Shown: positions 28,278-38,054 of the stretch, one piece after another
How positions within the stretch are numbered: the stretch's first letter is position 1
Layout: each line of letters opens with the position of its first letter
IMG/VR virus record: IMGVR_UViG_3300005826_000294
Span: 186,001 to 250,000 of that record
Length of the DNA: 64,000 bases
Strand: one strand, 5' to 3'
Notes under the pieces: generated by a model
The model's database searches: none
What the model was told of the DNA's origin: nothing
The model's input: the letters and a program-made list of their open reading frames with translations, nothing else
Made by a program: the position numbers and the translations under genes

Positions 28278-29133
28278 TTAAAGCTCCAAGATTAAAATCA
28301 ATTATAATATTTATCCAATTATTCCAGATATTTATTTCCATATTATTTTTACCAATATTACAAGTTTTACAACAAGAAACACAATTATTTATAATATAAC
28401 CAATATTATTATCTACTCTATCTAAACCTATGATACCTTCTGTAATAGTTCCACAATAATTACATGGTATTTCAAAAAATAATTTAAATTCATCAAAGGA
28501 TAAAGAAAACCTCTTTTTCCTTCTTTTAGCACTCCGACAATAATTTTTATACTGCGATAAAATAGAAAATTTATGTTTCACTTCCCTATTAATTATACGA
28601 GTATTGTTATATTTATTATATATAATTATTTGATATAAATATTTATACCATTCATTTAATGACATGGTTTGTTTTGTTTTATTACATATTTTACAACAAG
28701 AAACACAATTATCTATAAAGTATCCGTAATTATTATCTATTCTATCAATTCCTTTAGATTTAGATCCACAATAATTACAAGGTTTTTGATATAAATCATT
28801 AAATTCATTATGAGATAAAGAAAACTCTAAAGATTTTCTTTTAGCACTTGATTTATATATACTATATCTTCGGTTTTTATTGTCTTTTTGTTTTAGATAA
28901 TATTCTTTACTATATTTTTTTCTATTAGAATTTATATATTGTTTATTCTTATTGTAATATAACATATTTGATTTTAAAATATTATCTTTATGTTTTATAT
29001 AAGTTTCATGTCTTTTTTCACTTAATCTAGTTTTACATAAATTACATTGGGAACATAAACCATCAGGATTATATTTATCTTCCCAAAAATTATTATATTC
29101 CTTATATTCTAAACAATTACTACATTTCTTCAT
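28270..29133 (-). CDS. Free-standing endonuclease with two tandem HNH/His-Cys-like domains
   Basis: C.YCG...G(I/L)DR.DNN.GY...NCVSCC..CN..K twice; N-terminal CxxC finger. Confidence 0.75.
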   Translation of the reverse strand: MKKCSNCLEYKEYNNFWEDKYNPDGLCSQCNLCKTRLSEKRHETYIKHKDNILKSNMLYYNKNKQYINSNRKKYSKEYYLKQKDNKNRRYSIYKSSAKRKSLEFSLSHNEFNDLYQKPCNYCGSKSKGIDRIDNNYGYFIDNCVSCCKICNKTKQTMSLNEWYKYLYQIIIYNKYNNTRIINREVKHKFSILSQYKNYCRSAKRRKKRFSLSFDEFKLFFEIPCNYCGTITEGIIGLDRVDNNIGYIINNCVSCCKTCNIGKNNMEINIWNNWINIIIDFNLGALNA

Positions 29134-29420
29134 TTTCTATAACCAGTAGCTCTTCTTGTTAGTGATGTTCTAACAGATTTTTGATAATCTAATCCAGGCT
29201 CCCAGAAACATACAATATTATCACAATTTATATAAATTATTCCATTTTCTGGTACTTCTAAACTAATTACATTATTATTAACATCTAATACAACACCATA
29301 TAAAAATTCTTTATTAGCACTCCAAGCTTGATTGTATGTTATTGTCTCTGATATTTCTCCACAAGAAATATATAATTCTTTATCAATAAATCTGTTTTTT
29401 ATGAATTCAGCAACACCCAT
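29130..29420 (-). CDS. Hypothetical small beta-rich (Sm/LSm-like?) protein
   Basis: GGAG RBS; YGVVLDV...GIIYINCDNI pattern. Confidence 0.5.
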   Translation of the reverse strand: MGVAEFIKNRFIDKELYISCGEISETITYNQAWSANKEFLYGVVLDVNNNVISLEVPENGIIYINCDNIVCFWEPGLDYQKSVRTSLTRRATGYRK

Positions 29421-29463
29421 AATTTATCTCCATTATTTATTTTGATAATACTTTATTAATAGT

Positions 29464-32400
29464 CTATTCCAGATCTTTTCTGCGTTCTTTATCTATTCTA
29501 GAAGCATCCATTTGTTTTTTATTTAAAATAATTGCTTTAATATTTTTTTTATTTTGAAAAACAGCCTTAGATAATCTATGATAACCATCAATTAATTTAC
29601 CTTTATATAATAATATTGGATAATTAAGAGAGACTTCTTTAATTCTTTTGAACTCTTCTTTATATTTCTTTGGATTATCTAATACAATTTTAGGAGTTAT
29701 ATTTTTACCCCAAGCATTATGATCCATATTCCATTCTAATGAATTAACAGACACATCTTCAGGTTTAATATTTTCAGTCAGTTCAATTAACATATCAACA
29801 GACCATTCTCCACTATCACTAGTATATGTTTGACCTGCTCTTTTAGATAATTTAAAATCAGCATTAGATTCTTTATATTCCATAATCATCCATTTATTTC
29901 CATCTGTTTTAAATAAATTATAAGTTCCTTTTTCTTTTTTACCATTTAATTTAAATACTATTTTGTTTTTAGTTGAACTTATCTCTTCATATGTGCCAGA
30001 ATCATGAATTTTTACATCACCTGATCCATAATTTCCTTTTTCTATTTTCCCTTCAAATTTATTATATGAAATAGGATGATTTTCAGTTTTCACAGCGAGC
30101 AATCTTTCTTTTCCATTTGGCAATTTATGTTTAGGAACAGCCCAAGAAGACATAGATCCTTCATCATTTTCCAAACGCAAATCATAATGATTTCCAGCCT
30201 TTAAAGCCTTATGATTTTGAATTACAAAACGATGTTTGTTTTTTTCTTCAAGTTTTCCTTCAGGTTCAGGTGTTTCATCAAAATTTCTTTTTTTCTTATA
30301 TTTTGATAGTGAATCAGCTCTTTTACTTAATTTAAAAGAAGACTTTTTCTTTAATTCTTCAAATCCTCTAACTAAATCTTCCATATATATTAACATTTCT
30401 TCTGGATCATCACCATAATTTTGAATATCCTCAAAGAACTCTCTAAGAAGTGCCTCGGACTCTGGATCTATATCTTTCTGATTCATAAGAGCACCGACCT
30501 TAGAAAAAATTTGATGATGCGTATCACTCTTATTTCTAATATTTCTAATATTAACAACAGGTTCTGGATTATATTTCCCAGGCATAATAAGAGCTTGAAC
30601 TAAAGCATATTCTCCAATTCCAAAAGAAGTATCATCATTATTAAGAGCAACATGATAAAAATCACTATACATAATCTCACCAGAAAGATTTTCATTAGGA
30701 TTTCTTTTAGCATATTCAACAAGTTTATTATTTAATGGAACAGGAGCAGTCCCATTTACCCAATTTGGATTGGTAATAAACTTCATATATCCAGGTGGTA
30801 TTTTCCAAAGACCAATAAATTTAAGAACTTTTGGTCTTATAGACGTATGAGATCTTAATGGTTGTTTTTTAGGATTACTTCTAGGAAGAGAAAAATCACT
30901 TCCACTTGGTGGTTTATAACTTCTATATGGATTATAAGAAGTAGATTCATGATGAGCTGGAACTAAATTACATTTAAAACCAAATGAAAGATCATCCTCA
31001 GAAATTTGATCTCCAATCTTAGTAATAAAGAAAGTTCCTGGACCATTTCCATAAATCCCATCTATTTTTTGATCAGATAAAATATCTTCCATATGATAAT
31101 ATTCAAACCAATCATCACGAGATTCCATCATCTTAGAAACCCAAGAATGAAGAGCTGGAATATAAACATTATCTACTTTATCTTTTGTTGTAATTTTTTC
31201 TGTAATATTCTTTTGTTCTATATTTCCATCTTTATCTGCTATAAAACCACTATTTATATTTATATCACCTAACCATGATATAAACATACCTGGATCTAAA
31301 TGAGATGTTTCTCCTAATGTCTCATACATAGAAAGAACACGTTGTTTTGATCCATTAATTTTTGATTTTTCTATTTTTTTAACAATTTCAGTAATTGGTT
31401 TCCCAAAATTTCTTTGAATATCAATTTGTTTAGAAAACCAATCATTATAGGAATTAATAGCAATTTTATGCTGATCATTAAATATTTTTGCCCCTAAGAC
31501 AGATAAATACATCATTGTTTTTTGTGTTAAGTTCTGTCTCATATTCGCTTCTTGATCAGCTTCAATTCCTCCTAATCCTTCTTCTTCTTCTACACCAAAT
31601 TCTTCTTTTCCTACTTGGTCCCACTTCATATGTTGCCAAGGTTCCCAAAAATATCCACCTTTTCTATTTAATCCTTTTCCTCTAGCACTTCTTAATGTAA
31701 ATTTTACATAATCATGCGGACAAATAAAAGGAACATCTAATAATTCATCAGGAGGAATTCGTTGAGGTAAAATGTTAGGTAAAGATTCATCTTCAGCACT
31801 CTGAGATGAACCTACAACAATACCAAATCTTTTTTGTAAAACTACTATTGCTTTCGCACCAGCTTCTGTTTTCCAAAATTCATGATTACGATCTAAAGCG
31901 GTCATTGGAACTCTATTTCCTGGGCATCCTGAATTCGGACACCAAGTGTGCCAATATGGAACTGGTTCAGACTGAACTTGTAAACTATATTGTTTTTTTT
32001 CTAAATTATTAAGATCAAGTTTTGAATGCCTAATATCAGTACTAAGAGATATAATAGATTGTTCATATTTTCTCTTTTTATCTTCAAGTTCTGGAGTTTG
32101 ATTTTCTCCTAATTGTTCTATAACTTCATTTAATTTTTCTTGTAATTTAAAAACATCATTCTGTTTTCTAGACACATAATTTTCAAGTTTGGTAATTTTA
32201 TCTTTATTTTCTTCATATACTCTTTTACAATCTTCACAATACCAACGTTTTACAGGACCTTTTTCTTTAGAAGGGACCATAGCATTATAAAAAACATCCT
32301 TACTTTGTCTTTTTTGTTTTCTTGATTTACAATAAGCACAAACAGGAATTCTTACTTCTTTATATCCCTTATCTTGTGCTATAATTTTAGATATTCTTCG

Positions 32401-35400
32401 TGATAATGATTTATATATATATCCACCAAGTGGAACACTCCCGCGAGGAGGATCAACTCTATATCCAAATGAAAAATAAGTATTTGCGAGGTCTGTGATT
32501 GCTTCATTAATTAAAGAGATATATGCTTTTGAACTTGGAAGATCTGTTATAGGAATACCTTTTATCAATAAATCAATATCTCCTTGATCAAACATGCCGA
32601 AAGGCATACTACCGACATCTCCTTTTCTACCAAGTTTTAATTGAGAACTATTATTATCAAACCATTTCTTTCCAACACCCATAATAATTGCTGGAAGAAC
32701 CCATTTTTGTGCTATTTCAGGATTTTTTTTTAATTCTTCCCAAGCATACGGATCTTGGAAAAGTTTTGTTAAAGAAGGTCCATCTTTCATATTATCTGGA
32801 GAAAATAAATCTTTGGCATTAGCAGACATAACTGGACGCTTAATTTCCTCAGAATTAAACCATCTACTTAATACTACTCCATCTTTATCTCTAGGAGGTT
32901 CTAACTTTTCTCCAAAAATGGGAATTTTTTCTTTTGTATCTTCTTCTTCGTCTTCTTCCTCTTCTTTATATTCAGAAAGAGCTTCTCCCCATAAATCTTC
33001 CTTTTCTTCATCTCCAAGGAGATCAGAAAAATCAACATCTTTTTTTTCTTCAACTTCTTCAATTTCTTCTGGTTTTACAACTTGTTTAAATCCAAAATAT
33101 TCAGGTCTCTTTTTTTTTAAAACTTCTTCCTGTTTTTTTTCAACTTCTTCCTGTTTTTTTTCAACTTCTTCCTGTTTTTTTTCAGGAACACTTTCTATAA
33201 ATTTATCAAGTTTTTCCTGCTCAGTTTCAATCTCTTCTGGTTCTTCCTCTTGAAACTCAGGATTTTGTTCTAAAAATTTCTTAACTTCTTCATCATCCTG
33301 ACTCTCAGCTATTTTCCATAATTGTTCAAGATTAATTGGACTTTTTTTTACAGATGTTTTTAATAAATTGTTTGAAATTATATGTATTAAATTTTCTGTT
33401 TGATCTTTAATAGATGTAAATATATTTCCAGATTTTTCTACTGGCAATCCTGTCCAAATTCCATTTGCCCTTTTAACTTTACCCACAACGTCTGGATTTC
33501 CTGTAATTTTTAATCCAGAAATTATATTTGATTCTGCACCTAATAAAACAGCATTATTAATCATACCTATTGGTTTGTTTTGTTTAACAAAACTTTTTAA
33601 TAAATCTTTGACTTCTTTGTTTTTAGAAAAATTACAAACATCTTCCCCGCCACATACAATAAGGGCATCATATTGTTTAGTATTAATATCTTTTATTTTT
33701 TTCGAATTTATTAATGTTCCTTCAACACCCTCAACAACATTAAAAGTAGATATAATATGTGATTTAAACCCATATTTATTTATAAATATATTTTGTGTAA
33801 TTAAGTATTCTTTTTCAGAACACCCTGTTGGAGGAACCAAAATTGCTATTTGAGCAAATTTAGCATTAAGCATTTCGATAAATTCTGGATCAGGTTCATC
33901 AAAACCCATCCATCTTCTTTTCTCCATATGCTTTTCTAATTGACGTTCTTTTTCATTTGACTTCCAGGCATCGGCTTTCCATTCGGAAGATGGCCAATCA
34001 ATTTGTTCAAACTGAAAATTTTTTATTTCATTTTCTTGAAGTATATTATTAAATCCTTTTTTTACAACATTAGGCAAATCTTGTAGATTTTTTTCACCAT
34101 AAAATTGTATATCTGCTGGTTCATCACCTTTATATATAAATATTCTTCCCCGCCATCCTTCATTAGTTATTTGTTTTATATTATTATGTTGTGCTAATTC
34201 AATATGACCAAAATATTGTTTCTCACGCTTTCCATTGTTTATATTAAGATGATATGTAAATTTATTATTAATTTCATCCCATAACCATATATATTCTTTA
34301 TTTATTTTAGACGCTTTTAAATAAGCTTTCTTTGAAATAAAATCATCTGCCGCATTATATGCTCCTTGCTGACTATATGGTTCTTGACCTTGAGATGGAG
34401 CAACTTGTATAATATTTCCCTCTGGAAATGGAATATCTCCATAATCATATTTATTTTCATGTAAAGGTGCATTATTATAATTGTTTTCTGCTGTGTCTTG
34501 TTCTCCACCTAAAATTTTTTTAATGTTCCCATTGTTTTCTCCAAATGACTCAGGAACACGAATACTACCTTTATTATGTAGAGTGCTCACATCAGATCTC
34601 ATTCCACTTCCTTTAACAACACCAGTAGTCACATCTTCCCATTTTTCATTTAAATTTGTTAAAAGATCTTTTAATTCTTCACGCAATTTATCTATGGATA
34701 TTTCACTCTTCAATTTAAACTCTACATGAATACCAGATCCTCCACTTTGAAAAATTGTAGGAGTAGTCCCATATTTCTCTTTTAATTTTGAAGATAATTC
34801 TCTAGCATATTTTTTAGCTTTTTCTAATGGATAATTACCATGAATATCTAAATCCACGAAACCAAGATCTGTTTTGTTTCCAAATACCTGGTGAAAAGAC
34901 AAAAGACGCCGTTTAACCCAATAAAAATAATTATTAGGGTTTTCATCATTATTAGGATTATCATTAGTTATTACTATTTCTTTATCATTATGATTTCTTT
35001 TTAATATGGTTTTATTTTTCCCAACTCCAAGATAAATTAATACAGGCTTCCCTTTAATACGAGACATTATTTTCTTTCTTACTTCTGGTTTTTCATAATG
35101 TTTCCTAATTTCTCCACGAGTTAGTTTTTTGTCTTTATCAATTAAAACTTCCGACATTTTTTCTTTATCATCATCGGCAGAACTTATATTAATTGGTTCA
35201 AATTCAATAATGACAAATCTTTTATCTGGACCAAAACGATCTTCTAAAGATTTAGCCATTCTTTCACCATATGCTTTATTTATTCTTGTGATACTCATAA
35301 CTCTTTTAGTAATTATCTTAATATCAGCAATATTAGCTCCAGAATAACTTTTACATTTAACTTTATCATCAGGATTTACATTAACATCTCCTGGCCTAAT

Positions 35401-38019
35401 CGTATATGTTCTTTTTCCACTTTTAATATCTTCAGCATATTGATCAGGAAAATATATTGTTCCATTTTCAGTATATTGAGCACATTTTACAAGAATATTC
35501 CTTAATTTAGCTTCGGAAGCAAGATTTTTATATTTATTTATAATTGTATTTGTAATTGCTTTAACAACCTCTTCTTCTGTAAAATCTTTTTCATATCTAG
35601 TTTTAAAATCTTCAATAATTTCATTCAAATGTTCTTTATACCATTCGAATTCTTTTAACATTTGAGGTAAATATTTAGCATTAAATCCTTTTAATGGATC
35701 TGCTTGGGTTGGTTCTTCTTCTGGAAAACTTTCAGCATTAATTAAAAACGCATATCGCTTATCCTGAAATCCTGCTAATCCACCTTCAATGATATTTGTA
35801 GGCAATCCAGTCATTTTTTGAATAACTCCATTTGCCCTTTGTAAATAATGAACATGTGCTGGACCAAAAGGTTTTCTACTACTCAAAAATCTTCTAACTC
35901 TATATGGACCACTACCATTAGCAATAGCCATAAGTTGATACATATTATAGGCACCAGGAACATTTGGATTGTATTCATATTTAATAACATCACTAACAAG
36001 CATTCTCATTTTGTTCATAAAATCTGATTTTGAAACCCAATCAGACAAGTTCTTTAAAGAACTATTATTTCTAACACTTTTACTAGAAAAAGATCTATAA
36101 AATTTAGCTGATGTATCTGGATGTTCCATAGAAGTTATTAGTTGAGCTAAAGCACTTTTAGCTACACTTGGTGTAATATAGGTATCAGCAACATTTTGAA
36201 GTCTTAATAAATTATTAGGAGTCGGTTTAAACCCATATTTATTCTCAAGTAAATCAATATCAAATTCTTTTCCAATATATCTATTACCAATTTTTTTTAC
36301 AATCCCAGGGACATTACCTCTTGGGTTCATTTTAATTGAAGTGCCCTCTCTTCTTTTTACAACTTTATTGGGATTTTGTTTTATAAACTCTTCCACAGAA
36401 TTTTTATCGACAGGGACATTTTTCCATATATTTTCTTTGCGTATATTACGCATATTTTTCTTCCACTCATTTGAAAGTTCCTCTAACTTTTTAGGATCTA
36501 TGCCAGTTGCCTGTTCAAGTTTTGGATTTTTAGAAAGCCATTTCATAAAATATGGACCATGAACTTGAGTCAAACCAAATGAATTTCCTGAATCTCCACG
36601 AATCCAACTTTTATTATTACTTTCAAGTTTAGACATAATTTTAAATCCAAGTTCTGGATCAAAATTTAAACTTGCAGGCACCTTTGGTTCTCTAACATGA
36701 ATTGGATTAACTTTTACTTGTGATTTTAATTCTATAAGCAATTTATCAGGAGTTAAAGCTTCCGCTCTTTTTGAAAGTTTAAAAGAATTCATAGCTTTAA
36801 CCACCTTAAAATTATCAATATTTTTAGAATGAAATTCATTCATCGTAGCATCTTGGGGTTTTTTATCATCACGAAATCTTACAAACTTTTGATGCCTTAA
36901 TCCTCCAGGAACTCTTTCCTGAAATCCAATTTCAATTACAAATTTTCCTTTTTTTAATTTATCTTTTATAATTTTCTCATTTTCTTCAGAAAAATTTCCT
37001 ATATCACTAATATGATATAATTTTCCTTCATAATATTGTCCAAATAATGCTTTTAAATTACCTTTATCTGTAGTTTCACAATCATAAACTACATAATCAT
37101 CACTATCAGATTTACCAACTCCACCCTTATATTTAAACATAATTCCAGATGGTTTTGGTTCATTTTCACCCTTTTCTTTATATTCATATGGTTGATCTTT
37201 TAATTTTAATACAATTCCTTCTCCACCAGATTTAACAGCATTATTCATTACATTTTCCCATTTAGAAAATGGATATTGTTTTGTTATTAATATAGTATCA
37301 GTAGGTTTTATAATATTTTGTAATATTTTTCTTCTTTCTGAAAAAGGTTTTTTAGTTATATTATTACCTTTATACCATAAAATATCATAAAGATGTAATT
37401 TAATTTTTCCAGGTAATTCTTTCATTTTTTCTATTGCTTTATCAGAATTACTACCAGCAATTGATGTAACTTTTCCAATATCTTGTTTATTATTATTCCA
37501 ATAAACTAATTCACCTTCTACTAATGTTCCATCTGGAAGAGATTTAAGACCCCCTATTAATTCTGGAAAATTATCTGTTTTTTCATCACCACGGCGACTA
37601 TATAATTTAACTTCTCCATTTGATTTTATAGCTTGAGCTTTCCATCCATCAAGTTTATCTTCTATAATTATATTGTCTTTATTATAATCTTTTAATAATT
37701 CATCTGGATCATTAATTTGCGATAAACGCATAAGTGCCTTTGGAGATACTGAATCTGATGCTTCATTTATAGAGATATTTTCTAATTCTTTAAGACGATT
37801 TTCCATTTTTTCTATTTTTTCAGTTATAAGTGATGAAAGAACTTCATTGCCTTCAGCTTTTTCCAATCTCTCTTTTGTTTTAGGCAATTCATTTTTTAAT
37901 AAATCTTTCTCACATTTTTCGCACATTCCATGCGTTTTAGTATCTTCACTGAAATCGTCTCTTTCTTCTGAAAATTGAAATTCCTTGCACCATGAACAAT
38001 AATGATCTATTTTTACCAT
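29464..38019 (-). CDS. 2851-aa polyprotein-like multi-enzyme: Zn finger, ATP-dependent DNA ligase, lytic transglycosylase-like, ASCH, LigD-type primase-polymerase, DJ-1/PfpI, sigma70-region-2-like + Zn ribbons, LigD 3'-phosphoesterase, ParB/Srx-like
   Basis: EDKLDG, EGELV, EGIVLK, RHQKFVRFRDDK; LES...GDSGNSFGLTQ; IKSGKRTYTIR; VDLD and SGGSGIH; YDALIVCGG; Y.KKRNF..TPEP, FVIQ.H.A...HYDLRLE, SWAVPK, G.YGSG; IDGYHRL. Confidence 0.85.
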   Translation of the reverse strand: MVKIDHYCSWCKEFQFSEERDDFSEDTKTHGMCEKCEKDLLKNELPKTKERLEKAEGNEVLSSLITEKIEKMENRLKELENISINEASDSVSPKALMRLSQINDPDELLKDYNKDNIIIEDKLDGWKAQAIKSNGEVKLYSRRGDEKTDNFPELIGGLKSLPDGTLVEGELVYWNNNKQDIGKVTSIAGSNSDKAIEKMKELPGKIKLHLYDILWYKGNNITKKPFSERRKILQNIIKPTDTILITKQYPFSKWENVMNNAVKSGGEGIVLKLKDQPYEYKEKGENEPKPSGIMFKYKGGVGKSDSDDYVVYDCETTDKGNLKALFGQYYEGKLYHISDIGNFSEENEKIIKDKLKKGKFVIEIGFQERVPGGLRHQKFVRFRDDKKPQDATMNEFHSKNIDNFKVVKAMNSFKLSKRAEALTPDKLLIELKSQVKVNPIHVREPKVPASLNFDPELGFKIMSKLESNNKSWIRGDSGNSFGLTQVHGPYFMKWLSKNPKLEQATGIDPKKLEELSNEWKKNMRNIRKENIWKNVPVDKNSVEEFIKQNPNKVVKRREGTSIKMNPRGNVPGIVKKIGNRYIGKEFDIDLLENKYGFKPTPNNLLRLQNVADTYITPSVAKSALAQLITSMEHPDTSAKFYRSFSSKSVRNNSSLKNLSDWVSKSDFMNKMRMLVSDVIKYEYNPNVPGAYNMYQLMAIANGSGPYRVRRFLSSRKPFGPAHVHYLQRANGVIQKMTGLPTNIIEGGLAGFQDKRYAFLINAESFPEEEPTQADPLKGFNAKYLPQMLKEFEWYKEHLNEIIEDFKTRYEKDFTEEEVVKAITNTIINKYKNLASEAKLRNILVKCAQYTENGTIYFPDQYAEDIKSGKRTYTIRPGDVNVNPDDKVKCKSYSGANIADIKIITKRVMSITRINKAYGERMAKSLEDRFGPDKRFVIIEFEPINISSADDDKEKMSEVLIDKDKKLTRGEIRKHYEKPEVRKKIMSRIKGKPVLIYLGVGKNKTILKRNHNDKEIVITNDNPNNDENPNNYFYWVKRRLLSFHQVFGNKTDLGFVDLDIHGNYPLEKAKKYARELSSKLKEKYGTTPTIFQSGGSGIHVEFKLKSEISIDKLREELKDLLTNLNEKWEDVTTGVVKGSGMRSDVSTLHNKGSIRVPESFGENNGNIKKILGGEQDTAENNYNNAPLHENKYDYGDIPFPEGNIIQVAPSQGQEPYSQQGAYNAADDFISKKAYLKASKINKEYIWLWDEINNKFTYHLNINNGKREKQYFGHIELAQHNNIKQITNEGWRGRIFIYKGDEPADIQFYGEKNLQDLPNVVKKGFNNILQENEIKNFQFEQIDWPSSEWKADAWKSNEKERQLEKHMEKRRWMGFDEPDPEFIEMLNAKFAQIAILVPPTGCSEKEYLITQNIFINKYGFKSHIISTFNVVEGVEGTLINSKKIKDINTKQYDALIVCGGEDVCNFSKNKEVKDLLKSFVKQNKPIGMINNAVLLGAESNIISGLKITGNPDVVGKVKRANGIWTGLPVEKSGNIFTSIKDQTENLIHIISNNLLKTSVKKSPINLEQLWKIAESQDDEEVKKFLEQNPEFQEEEPEEIETEQEKLDKFIESVPEKKQEEVEKKQEEVEKKQEEVLKKKRPEYFGFKQVVKPEEIEEVEEKKDVDFSDLLGDEEKEDLWGEALSEYKEEEEDEEEDTKEKIPIFGEKLEPPRDKDGVVLSRWFNSEEIKRPVMSANAKDLFSPDNMKDGPSLTKLFQDPYAWEELKKNPEIAQKWVLPAIIMGVGKKWFDNNSSQLKLGRKGDVGSMPFGMFDQGDIDLLIKGIPITDLPSSKAYISLINEAITDLANTYFSFGYRVDPPRGSVPLGGYIYKSLSRRISKIIAQDKGYKEVRIPVCAYCKSRKQKRQSKDVFYNAMVPSKEKGPVKRWYCEDCKRVYEENKDKITKLENYVSRKQNDVFKLQEKLNEVIEQLGENQTPELEDKKRKYEQSIISLSTDIRHSKLDLNNLEKKQYSLQVQSEPVPYWHTWCPNSGCPGNRVPMTALDRNHEFWKTEAGAKAIVVLQKRFGIVVGSSQSAEDESLPNILPQRIPPDELLDVPFICPHDYVKFTLRSARGKGLNRKGGYFWEPWQHMKWDQVGKEEFGVEEEEGLGGIEADQEANMRQNLTQKTMMYLSVLGAKIFNDQHKIAINSYNDWFSKQIDIQRNFGKPITEIVKKIEKSKINGSKQRVLSMYETLGETSHLDPGMFISWLGDININSGFIADKDGNIEQKNITEKITTKDKVDNVYIPALHSWVSKMMESRDDWFEYYHMEDILSDQKIDGIYGNGPGTFFITKIGDQISEDDLSFGFKCNLVPAHHESTSYNPYRSYKPPSGSDFSLPRSNPKKQPLRSHTSIRPKVLKFIGLWKIPPGYMKFITNPNWVNGTAPVPLNNKLVEYAKRNPNENLSGEIMYSDFYHVALNNDDTSFGIGEYALVQALIMPGKYNPEPVVNIRNIRNKSDTHHQIFSKVGALMNQKDIDPESEALLREFFEDIQNYGDDPEEMLIYMEDLVRGFEELKKKSSFKLSKRADSLSKYKKKRNFDETPEPEGKLEEKNKHRFVIQNHKALKAGNHYDLRLENDEGSMSSWAVPKHKLPNGKERLLAVKTENHPISYNKFEGKIEKGNYGSGDVKIHDSGTYEEISSTKNKIVFKLNGKKEKGTYNLFKTDGNKWMIMEYKESNADFKLSKRAGQTYTSDSGEWSVDMLIELTENIKPEDVSVNSLEWNMDHNAWGKNITPKIVLDNPKKYKEEFKRIKEVSLNYPILLYKGKLIDGYHRLSKAVFQNKKNIKAIILNKKQMDASRIDKERRKDLE

Positions 38020-38054
38020 CTCTCCCTCGCAGAAAGTTATATAATTATTTTAAT

